Made by a program: the position numbers and the translations under genes
Shown: in pieces, positions 35,472 to 46,118 of the stretch
Layout of the letters: the number at the start of each line of letters is the position of its first letter
How positions within the stretch are numbered: the stretch's first letter is position 1
Notes under the pieces: generated by a model
The model's input: only the letters and a program-made list of their open reading frames with translations
What the model was told of the DNA's origin: nothing
The model's database searches: none
NCBI GenBank assembly: GCA_025603075.1
Contig: MU626320.1
Coordinates: 1 to 64,000, forward strand
DNA: 64,000 nt
DNA from: Neoconidiobolus thromboides FSU 785
Lineage: Eukaryota > Fungi > Entomophthoromycota
Direction: 5' to 3'

Positions 35472-36626
35472 TTTTTTGCTTTTAATGGTTCATGAGAATT
35501 GCGCTTTTTTTATACTCGAAGTGTGAGTTTTATTTGAGGTTCACATGCTGTTGTTGTTATCTTATAATAGACTTTTGTTAGGATATATTTCACTCTTTTA
35601 TAGTAATAGATAGGACTTTGAAGGGCTAATTTTTACTTCTTCGTCCAATATTTTACTTGCTTATTGATTTATAATCTACTTTTTCTTTACTTAGATGATG
35701 ATACCTTTTATAATGGAATTTACAGTTGATAAATTTTACTTGATGATTTATAAGTTAAGAGAAAAAAGTTAAGAACCCACCTTCAAAAAGGGAGCTGTAG
35801 TTCAATCTTTTATAGTCATATTGATAAAATAAACAAAGAGTCCAAATTTGATGTTTTAAAATAGACATCTATATTTAAGTATTGCCTATTTTACATCACT
35901 TTTTTTGAAACTTTTTTTTGGCTTTTTAAATGAGCTACTATTGTTTGCTACTTCTGTCCTAAAAGAGTTATATTAGACCATAAACTCAAACAAGTTTTTT
36001 TCTATATAACTTCCGAAAAAAATTCAAGGAAAAAGGAGCAAAAAGAGCTAATCATTTTAAAAGTTCTGAAAAAGTTCTAATAATTTTATAAAAGTAAGTT
36101 TGTATTTTAATTTACTTGATATCATCTATTCTATAAAGGATAATAGTTGTTATTGACTGCCAATTTGATAATGTGTATTTATTGTTTATTCATTTTATAG
36201 AAATTTTTATAATTAACTGTCTTAATGTAGACAATTTCTTTACAAATAATAATTTTAATATTTTGTTATATACATAACAACTTTATAATAAATAATAAAA
36301 TTTAAATACTTTTATGAATTTTATTAGCCTTATAATAGTCGTTTTTTACTATAGTGTAACATTTTAAAGCCCCATATATAAAACGTCGAGATGTGTAAAT
36401 CATTACTTCAGCTATCTTAAGATTTTATAAGATACTTTAAATTCTATATCAAAACATTGAAGATAGAGTACATTTCAATCCAGTTATTTACATATATAAA
36501 GGATAGAATCATGAAAATTTAAATTAAACATTTAGAATCAAAAATATTTATTTGAAGTATTTTGAAGGATTAAGCGTATGTATCACATTTAGTGTTCATA
36601 CACTAAGGTGATTAATTCTAAGGATC

Positions 36627-37148
36627 TTAACCTTGGATCATTTGTTCAAGAATATGAGGAGGGATAAAACGCTTTCCTAAATCATCATTTCCACCATAGC
36701 TTCTACGATAGTTACCGTTCATCAGTTGGTGAAAAGTATTAGGAGGGGGGATAAAGCGTTTTTCTAAATCATCGTTCCCACCATAGCTTCTACGATAGTT
36801 ACCGTTCATCAGTTGGTGAAAAGTATTAGGAGGGGGGATAAAACGTTGTTGTAAGGTATTATCTACTTTGTTACTATCAGGATAACTACGCCCAAAAAGA
36901 TTACCTGCTGCAATTTGATCAAGCAAATAAGGAGAAATAAAACGTTGTTGTAAAGTACTATCTACTTTAGCATTATCTGGATGGTCACGCCTAAAAATAC
37001 CTTTAGCTGCTGACAATTGTTCAAGTACATAAGGAGGAATAAATCGTTGCCCTAAAGCATTCTTAGCAACCTCACGTACATTTTTAAGAGGAAGGCTGAT
37101 AGAAGAAGCAATGGCAGTGAATAAGACAACACAAGAAGTCAATTTCAT
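36627..37148 (-). CDS. Secreted repeat-peptide precursor 2 (KEP-like), 173 aa
   Basis: Signal/pro region homologous to precursor 1; five cores starting FI(P/S)P after QR or KR; 87-bp repeat encoding FIPPPNTFHQLMNGNY-RR-SYGGNDDL(E/G)-KR. Confidence 0.92.
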   Translation of the reverse strand: MKLTSCVVLFTAIASSISLPLKNVREVAKNALGQRFIPPYVLEQLSAAKGIFRRDHPDNAKVDSTLQQRFISPYLLDQIAAGNLFGRSYPDSNKVDNTLQQRFIPPPNTFHQLMNGNYRRSYGGNDDLEKRFIPPPNTFHQLMNGNYRRSYGGNDDLGKRFIPPHILEQMIQG

Positions 37149-37291
37149 TTTTTTTAACAGAAATTAATAAGAATCGGGATTTTTTTGATACTTAAGCTAT
37201 GGAGTCGCTTTGAAGTTTATATACTATTATGAATATCTTATGATGTGGTCTCGTTGATGTTTACCTAACTCTTTTAGGATCACAGATAGAC

Positions 37292-37611
37292 TCTAAAGAG
37301 TTAAACATTTCTTCTTCTGCTAATGTCTCAATTGTTTGTCATTATATGATAAGTATCTTTTCCTTACTCGGATAATGATATCTTTCATCAAAAAAACTCT
37401 ATCTAGTATAATATTTATCAATATTTTTTAGGTTAAGAAAAAAGAGTTAAAAATGACCCTTTCTAGAAAAATAAAAGGAGTTATAATATTATAGTTTATA
37501 ATTGTATTGATGAAATAAAAAAGCTAATTATTTAATCCCTATTTTTATCTCTATACCTATTTTATTTTACTTTTTGCTTGAAGTTGACTATTACTATTTT
37601 TAACAAATTAT
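37292..37611 (-). promoter_or_regulatory. Upstream module shared with precursor gene 1
   Basis: Near-identical reverse complement of 16063-16383; ends 144 bp before the ATG. Confidence 0.8.
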
Positions 37612-38061
37612 GTTGCGTCACGGATGTTAGATATTTATATATAAACTTCTAAATAAAAGAGTGAAAAAAGGGTTAAAAAAATACATTTGCTCATTAAAGA
37701 AATGACAAAGAGATAATAGCAGAATTAAAAAGTAAATACATTCTAAAATTAGTTGTTAGATTTACATTAAGGTAATAAAAGGCTAACTTTTAGATGTAAT
37801 AGTCAAATTATCCTTAAAATTCTAATGATAACTTTGTTTTTCTTTTTGAAATAAACCTGTTGATTATATTGATAAACAAGTTTTAAAAAAACATATTTTA
37901 AAATATAAAATTGATTTATAAAATCTTACTTTAAAAAAATTCTTCAAAATTTTTATTTTATAAAAGACTGATACTATAGCTTCTTTTATAAAATATACCT
38001 ATTATTTACTTTTTTTTACCCACATTTTATAATTAGTTATTTAAAAATAAAAATACTATAT

Positions 38062-38158
38062 GGGGATGTATTTTTGTGGTTAAGAATTTTACTAACAATT
38101 TTTCCGCTTAAATAGCGCTTAAAAATGGAAAAAGTAATGAAGCTAAAAAAACACCTTC
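38062..38158 (+). mobile_element. ~97-bp MITE copy (left member of an inverted doublet)
   Basis: ATAT flanks; the right ATAT is shared with the next copy. Confidence 0.9.
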
Positions 38159-38162
38159 ATAT

Positions 38163-38259
38163 GGGAGTGTTTTTTGACTTCATTATTTTTTCCACCTTTT
38201 AAGCGTTATTTAAGTGGAAAAATTGTCAGTAAAATTCATAAATATAGAAACACATCCTC
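38163..38259 (-). mobile_element. ~97-bp MITE copy (right member of the inverted doublet)
   Basis: Reverse orientation, ATAT flanks. Confidence 0.85.
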
Positions 38260-38555
38260 ATATAGTATTTTTTTATACAAAATCTTCAATTTTTATTATT
38301 AAAAAGTGGGAATTTTCAGTTAATTGTTGTATTGAATTTAATTTGAAATTTTATTTCTAATACAGTAATTCGATTTTTAATTGACTCTCATTTTACTTAT
38401 TTGCTTTATGAAATTAAACTCAACTATTAACTAATTTTGTAGAACTAGATCTATCAGTCAGCTTATTTAATAAATGCAACTTAATATAATATTATTAAAT
38501 TGAATACATTCAATTAATCAAAATTTTCTTACTTCTATTAATATTACCCTTTATT

Positions 38556-39901
38556 TTATTTTTTTGTCACAAAAGAAAATATACTACATTGTTTACTTTT
38601 ATCATATTTTGGCTTTTCTTCATTCGCTTGCAAATTGCCCAAATTTTCATTATTGTCTTCTTTACTAGTTTCCTTATTTATAAGTTCTACCTTCATATTT
38701 TTTACTTTAAACCACATAACTACAGGGAGATGGTCTGAAGCCCCATAACAATCAAATCGAACATCGGAGGCTAAAACATTTGGAATAAAGTTAGCAGACA
38801 CAATAAAATAATCTAATCGCCAACCATTGCCTTTAGAACGAGCACCAGAGCGGTAACCATAAAAAGTGTAACGACATCGCTCATTGGGATAGAAATAACG
38901 ATCCACATCAATGCGTGGGTAATTTTTTTCATTTAATTGTTGAGTAAAGCTCTCTCGCTCTTGAATCGAAAATCCAGCCGACCTTTAAATTAAAATTATA
39001 TATAAAATAAAAGATAATAATAATAAAATTATTACTGTAAATTAGTTTTCGGATTAGCTAAATCAATCACTTGATGGGCCACATTTAAATCACCAGTGTA
39101 AATAACACTTTTTCCCTTTTGTTCTAAAGTTAATAAATGCTCTTTCATTAACTCATCAAATTTCATTCTTTTATCTAAATTCTTTAATTTTTCACCAGCA
39201 TTAGGTACATAACAAGTTACTAAAAAAAATGGTTCAAATTCCAAGGTAATAACTCGACCTTCTAAATCCAATCCATTTTTATTAAACCCATATTGGGAAT
39301 GAATGGGTGGATATTTACTTAAAATTGCCGTTCCACTATAACCCTTTTTGGACTGACATGGCCACCAGTATTGATAATTATATTCGGGAAACAAGTTAAG
39401 TGGTCGTTCATTAATCTTAGTTTCTTGTAAACAAACAAAATCTGCATTTTCATAATTCAAATATTCCTTAAGTCCTTTCTTTAAAGCTGCATTTAATGAA
39501 GCTACATTATAAGTAATTAATTTGATCATTTTTTCATCTTTACTAGAAACGTAATTTTTCACTATTTCAGGTGTTGATAAAATGGAATAATCTTTTGGCA
39601 TTTCAAGGCTTGTTGGACGATCAATCAATTTATGACCTAAAAGTTCAATTTTTTTCAATAATTGATCCACTTCTTGTCGTGTACTTGGTAGTTCCACTAA
39701 AGGAATGATAGGTTGATTGTCAGCTTGAATCATGCCATTTCTTGTTTCTGTTGTTTCTAAAGGATGGATTTTTACTTTTTTACTTTCTGGAGAAAAGGAA
39801 CCCACTTCTTCATTGGTACTATAAAAATGATATTTATTTAGCGTATGATAATGTAATGCTGGTACCAATTTGATGAATCTTTGGATTATTTTAGTTATCA
39901 T
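38556..39901 (-). CDS. ExoIII-family AP endonuclease, APE1-like, 2 exons
   Basis: LITYNVASL, VCLQETK, KKGYSGTAILSK, EGRVITLEF, YVPNAG, GDLNVAH, SAGFS, GWRLDYFIVS, SDHLP. Confidence 0.92.
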
Positions 39902-40189
39902 TTAATGTCGATTTTATTTACCTTTGATTTAAAGCCATTAAAAGAAATCAAATTTTGAGAAACTCAAGTTTTAGCGTCATTATAAAAAATAACATAATCC
40001 CATAAAAAAAGAATATTAGTAAAAAAAATCAAAATTAAATCTTATATAATAGAATAGAATATATGTAAATTAATTAAATAATTTTATTCAATAAAAATCA
40101 TCAAAAACATCAAATAAATAAAGACCTAAAAAAAGAATAAAATATTAATTTAAACTTCTAACTAAATTATCATTTAAAAAATAGAATGA

Positions 40190-40280
40190 ATTTCAGATTA
40201 GGTGCTTGAATTTGTTTAGAGCAAGCAGTTTACTCAAGGTTAATTAGTAAGACCGTCGTGATAATAAACTCATCATTTTA
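40190..40280 (-). ncRNA. Box C/D snoRNA, snR73/SNORD35(U35)-like, intronic copy A
   Basis: Box C AUGAUGA (40276-40270), box D CUGA (40196-40193); guide UCACGACGGUCU complementary to LSU rRNA AGACCGUCGUGA; inside intron 40313-40126. Confidence 0.8.
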
Positions 40281-40507
40281 TACTATTTAAATTATATAGA
40301 TTAAGTTACTTACATTAAAATAAATAAGTCTACATGACTAGCGAATTATATACAGATAGACGTTTTTAATGTCTATTTAAAGTAAATTAGGATACTAACT
40401 GTATCCTGTTAAGGAACCTTATTGAATTCTAATTTTTGTTTGATTTATCTATTAATTAACGGATTAGTTTAATGTACATTTTAAAATAGGATGTTAAAAT
40501 GAAATAA

Positions 40508-40598
40508 ATTTCAGATTAGGTGCTTGAATTTGTTTAGAGCAAGCAGTTTACTCAAGATTAATTAGTAAGACCGTCGTGATAATAAACTCATCATTTTA
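40508..40598 (-). ncRNA. Box C/D snoRNA, snR73/SNORD35(U35)-like, intronic copy B
   Basis: One mismatch to copy A over ~97 bp; inside intron 40634-40449 (GTAAGT...ACTAAT...TAG). Confidence 0.8.
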
Positions 40599-41275
40599 TA
40601 CTACCTTTAAAATAAAATAAATCAGAATACTTACCTTATTTTTATAAACACAAAGCAAAAATAAAATTTATCATTACAAAATTTCTTTAGATTTATACTT
40701 TTTAAAATATTTTCAAAAAAAAACTTTTTCAATATTCACTCAATCTTATTGGCCATAGTTGAATCTCCCAACAATCCAAAAAATAGATACTTTTGGATTT
40801 CAATTTTAAAATTATTAAATCTCAATAAATCAATTCTTGAACGAAAAAAACTTTCAACAATGAGAATAATAAAATCTTTTCTATAAAATCTATTATGATT
40901 GGTCATAATTACCCTATCACACCCCAGTTTCGCTTCCAAACCCACAATCTCAATAAAACTTGTATTCCACCAAAAAAAATTGTTTCTGTCGATGTGTCTT
41001 TAGAGCAAGGCACTTCGAAGCCCTAGTAACTGATCTAACTTTAGTTTCATCAGGGTCAAAAAGATGCCAAGAATGAATAAATAGACACTCTACGGTCGTT
41101 GATAAACGTATTTCTATTGCTTAATGGTTATATCAGCATACTAAGAAGTATCTACAGTTTTGTTACTGTGCAAATTTATAAAACAAAATAAAATCTTTAA
41201 GTGAAAAGAGTTTGATTTGATTGTGTTTTGATATTTATTAGATAAATAAAGAGCTAAAGATAATTTCATTGACAT

Positions 41276-41371
41276 GGGGATGTATTTTTCTTTAATAGTT
41301 TTATTGATAATTTTTCCACTTAAATAGTGCTTGAAAAATGAAAAAAGTAATTAAGCTAAAAAAACATCCCC
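41276..41371 (+). mobile_element. ~97-bp MITE copy
   Basis: GGGGATGT...ACATCCCC. Confidence 0.85.
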
Positions 41372-41778
41372 ATATATTAATTACCCAGTAATTTTGTTAT
41401 AATTTACAAACAAGGAGGGGGGCTATATTAAGATTAAACAATGCATAAGTGATTTATATCAAGGTAATATTTGAATATAACGAGTTTTTTTAATTTCAAT
41501 TATTATTAGTTTAAGAATTTGAATAGTTTAAACTTGATTAATTAAAAAAAAGTGATTGAAAAGTTCAAAACAATGATCAATTTCTACTTTTTATCTAATT
41601 TAGTATATCACCTTTATTAGACAAAACACTTGTGAACTTCAATTCTTTCATGAGTATAAAAAAATGATTGTTAAATTCTATCCCAAATTGAATAATTTCA
41701 ATAATACATTTCATTAAGTTGCCTTATCTCATCTTCTTAATGACATGTACTACTTTAAAACAATATTATAAAGTGTCT

Positions 41779-41874
41779 GGGGATGTATTTTTATATTTAA
41801 GAGTTTTACTAACAATTTTTCCACTTAAATAGCATCTAAAAATGGAAAAAGTAGTGAAGTCAAAAAACATCTCC
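41779..41874 (+). mobile_element. ~97-bp MITE copy
   Basis: GGGGATGT...ACATCTCC; flanks GTCT/ATCT. Confidence 0.85.
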
Positions 41875-41936
41875 ATCTTCTAAAATAATCTGACTTTGAG
41901 CTAAAATTAATTTAGTCATTGATTATAACAGCAAAT

Positions 41937-42035
41937 GGGAGTGTTTTTTTTGACTTCATTATTTTTTCCATTTTTTAAGCGCTGTTTAAGCGGAAAATTT
42001 GTTAGTAAAACTCTTAAACATTAAAATACATCCCT
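41937..42035 (-). mobile_element. ~97-bp MITE copy
   Basis: Direct AAAT/AAAT flanks. Confidence 0.85.
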
Positions 42036-42042
42036 AAATATT

Positions 42043-42135
42043 GAGGATATTTTTTTAATTTCATTACTTTTTCCATTTTTAAGCGTTATTTGAGCGGAAA
42101 GATTGTTGGTGAAATTTTGAAAAAAATACATCCCC
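42043..42135 (-). mobile_element. ~97-bp MITE copy, tandem with the previous one
   Basis: Same core, ends TACATCCCC. Confidence 0.8.
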
Positions 42136-43131
42136 ATTTATGTCTAAAAGTATGATAATTTTTCTGTAAAAATCAAATTGTTGTATTCTATACATTTAGT
42201 AAAATCGACTTGCCTAAAAAGTTAGATTACGTTACAAAATATCTTCTATATAATTGTGAATCCAAATTACGACTATAAATTTTGAGAATGAAAAAGTTAT
42301 TTAATTTAACTGTAATTATGTGGTCTATTTATATTGCTAGAAATGCTTATAATGATAATAACTAGGTTGCCAAGGTATAATAGATATCTCATTCATTAGT
42401 AACAATTATAATAATAACTTTTACTATTATTTAAATCAAGAGTAATAATGAGTTTATAAAAATTATAAAATAAATCAAACATCATAAATAAAATCCTCTT
42501 TTATGGAATTTAGCACTGTATGGTTTATTCAGTTTGTATATGCTACAATCTTGGAATTAATTCCAAGTTACTATTTAACAGTAATTTTCAATCATTGTTA
42601 GTAAATATGTTTTTTTCTAATTGTTGTTATTAATGAATGTACTGATTGAGTTGTTGTTATTATTGAAATGTTTAAGATTTTAAGTCTTAATTGAGTGATT
42701 TCCATGATTCCATATTTTAATAGTTATTTTTAAATTTAAATAAGTTAAAAATAGATATCTATTAAGAACAATTTTAAGTTTTTATTATTATACAAGTGTA
42801 ATATTTAGAATATAGAGTTTATAACAATGAGTTTGTAACAATGAGTTTTTATGTTAAAGATGACAATAAATAAAATAAAACAAAATTTAATGATGACTAT
42901 AATTTGATATAAAACTTATTTTACTGCCAACTTTTAATCTATAACTTATTTTTAAATAAATTTGGTTAACTGAAACGAAAATTCAAATTGAATTCAAAAT
43001 TAAACCAAAAAGGAACACCGTTTTTCTTTTAATCCTTAGATTTTTTGAGATTTTGAAATAACTCTTTTTTTACAGAAAGCCTCATTAAGAAGAAATAAGC
43101 GATACTAATAATAATAACAAAATACAACAAA

Positions 43132-44438
43132 ATGTTAGAATTTGGAAAATTTAAAGGGGTATGTGAAATAGCACCATTACCTTTGTGTAAATTAGTGGAA
43201 TCAAAATATGATTCAGGTCCAGCTTGTTATGCTCGTTCTGTAGATACTTTTAGTCAAGTGTTGTTTCAACCTGGTAAGATCAATTGGATATTTATAATAA
43301 ATAATTTACAATACAAATACAAAAGTTAATCGAGATGAGGATTAGATACTTAAAGAGAAAGTAATGGTATTAATTATTCTATTTTTTAGCTACTTTGACA
43401 ATCCATATTATATCATTAATAATGACCGTTTTTATGATTATTCATGTCAAAACAAAATATATTGCTTTGGGTAGGCTATCTTGAGATTGTAATAATCTGA
43501 CATTAATTAATACTTTATTTTAAATTTAGGTAGAAAAGAATTTGTTCAATTTTTTTATTTATATATGTTAGAAACTATCTTTGAGTTTGTTATTATTTCA
43601 GGATTAATTAGAACTACTTATATCGCTTATAAGGTAAAGTTGATTATCTGTTCTAAAAAAAAATTAAATTAAATATGTTTGTATAGTATTTAGTGGCTAT
43701 TTATTATGGATTTGTATCGGCTACTATATTTTGTTTATTTTTTAATGGCTTTGTTGGTTATCAATTAATTGAAGATGGCACTAAATTATCTGTTTGGGTA
43801 AAATTTATATTATATTATATTATATTATATTAATACTTTGTTCATTAGTCTATTCGATTAGGTTCTTCATTAGCATTTGCGGTTTCTTTTTTAATTTCTA
43901 TTGCTACATTTGAAAACTTTTTATTGTCTACAAATAATCCAGTCGTATTATGGTCTTGGATTTATATAGTTAATGGAACTATTTTGTTATTATATACAAT
44001 ATCTCAAATTGTATTAGTTTGGAAAACTTGTGATGATTATTGGCCAATTGGTAAATAGCGTTATTTATAAACATAGACTAGAAACTAAATTTACTAACAT
44101 GTACTTTTTCTCTCATAGGTAATATAATCTTAGGCTTTACATTCTTTATCCTTGGACAAGTAATCTTGAATATACTTTCTAGTCAGCTATGTTCTTTTTC
44201 CTCTCATTATCTTGATGGTATGTTTCCATCTACTGTGTTGACTTTATTAGCTGTTATGATGATTTATAAATATTGGGATTCATTAACAAAAGAAGATATA
44301 GAATTCACAGTTTCTAAAGATCCTCATCAATGGGAAGTTAAAGATTTGTTGATGGAACCAGAACAACAATTTCCATTGAATTTTAATAATACTTATGGTA
44401 GGTCTTCCCACTATCATCGTACTTCAAAGCCAATGTAA
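43132..44438 (+). CDS. CHS7: Chitin synthase export chaperone, 6 exons
   Basis: FGKFKGVCEIAPLPLC, GRKEFVQFFYLY, NGFVGYQLIEDGT, DDYWPIGNI, HYLDGMF, MMIYKYWDSLTKEDIEF. Confidence 0.92.
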
Positions 44439-44554
44439 AAGAAAATATTAATCGGACTTCTATTTTTTTTAAATCGTATATTGATATATAATAAGTAATA
44501 ATAAATTTTAAGTAATAATATTATTTATTTTATTTTATTTTATTTTATTTTATT

Positions 44555-45334
44555 TTATTGTGAATACAATTGTTGACATCTTGATTCAAATGCTTTTACC
44601 ATTTCACTAGCTATTGATTCAAAATATAATTTAGCAACTGAATGATATAAAGGAGAATTTAATTCAAAATCTAAATGAAATTTTAATCTAGAACCTTGAC
44701 CATAACTTTCAATTTCCCAGCGATTAGTTAAGGTTTTAAATAAATTGGAATTTTCATTTTGAGCCTATATATATCAATGTATGTTAATAAAAATTAGTAC
44801 AATAAAATAAACTGATATGTGTACATATATTATCGTATATTTGAATAAAATATTAACTTACAATAATTAATTTGTTTTCCCAACATTTTACTTTAGATGT
44901 ATAACTTTCTTCGAAATTTAAAAATCCAATTGTCAATTTAGCTTCCATATAACTTTTATCTTCTAATTTTTGCAATTTATAAACTTCACTTGCTTTACAA
45001 TAAGGTAAAAATTCATTATACTTCTTTACATCTGATATTACTAAATATAACTGAGAAGGTTTATAGCTGAAGTAAATAGATTATCAATATAAGATACAAT
45101 ATGTTAGATGATAACTTACTTTAATATCCTTTCTTGATAATGACTTAATTTCAATGGTATATTTGTTGATTCAAGTGAACTAATCTTTTTTATTGTAGAT
45201 TCTACTAATTCTTTTGGTGAAAAAAAAGTCCTTGAAAGTTCTTTTTTTATGCTTTCTGTTCTTGTTGTTCTACTTAATCCAGCTATTAGTTTATATCTTT
45301 TTTTTAATTCATTTCTGTAAATTATTGAAAGCAT
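44555..45334 (-). CDS. COQ10: Coenzyme Q-binding START-domain protein, 3 exons
   Basis: Basic mitochondrial-type N-terminus; YKPSQLYLVISDVKKYNEFLPYC, AKLTIGF, EESYTSKV, LFKTLTNRW, MVKAFESRC. Confidence 0.85.
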
Positions 45335-45654
45335 TGGTATTATTTATTAAAAAATTAATATTATTTAGATTAAAATTTGACTTAAACTTTTTTGATAAAA
45401 GTTGAATTGATTTTGGGGATAATGTTTCAAATCAACCAATCATCATTCGGTTTTAATGAAATTTTTTATCAATATGTTCAAGTTCAAATTGAATCTAACT
45501 TCCTTTAAATTTTATAACATATTTGAGCTTATAAGCAAATTATGAAAAGTTTGAAGTAAAAATTCTATTTTAAATGTCTCAATCAAATCAAAATTGCATA
45601 ATTAGCAAAAAAATATTTATTAATATGAATAAAGCTGAAAAGTAGGAAGGATAT

Positions 45655-45745
45655 GGCAGTGTTTTTTTACTTCATTATTTTTCCATTTTTTAAGCGCTAT
45701 TTAAGCAGAAAAATAGAAAAGTAATGAAATCAAAAAAACATTCCA
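45655..45745. mobile_element. Palindromic MITE derivative made of two right-hand halves
   Basis: TTTTTTACTTCATTATTTTTCC...AGAAAAGTAATGAAATCAAAAAAACA. Confidence 0.7.
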
Positions 45746-46034
45746 ACATAGTAATAGCTTATCATGATAAATCATTAAAGCTTTTATGCTAATTAAAATT
45801 CAAATGAAAAAATAATCTGAAAAAATTCCGTTTACAAAACTCTACCATTCTTAAAGTTAAATCAAACTCAGTTTTGTCTGGTAGCTTGACAATAAATATA
45901 AAACTATAAATAGGTTTTCTTTTTTTAAAAATTCACTTAAATAAGCTATTTATTTTTTTATTATGTCTATTATTATGTCTATTATTATGTTTATTATTAT
46001 GATATAACTTTAAGTTATTATCATTATTATCATT

Positions 46035-46118
46035 GGGATATATTTTTAGATTTAATAATTTTACTAATAATTTTTCTGCTTAAAAAATAGAAAAAGTGAT
46101 AAAACTAAAAAACATCCC
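46035..46118 (+). mobile_element. Internally deleted MITE copy
   Basis: Lacks the central AAATAGCGC segment; both ends retained. Confidence 0.75.

Noticed and set aside
40626-40636. ATACTTACCT resembling the U1 snRNA 5' end
   Set aside because: It is the complement of the minus-strand GTAAGT donor; downstream sequence has no U1 stem-loops.
40975-41053. CUGAUGA...GAAA as a hammerhead ribozyme core
   Set aside because: Flanking bases cannot form stem II or stem III in the required register.
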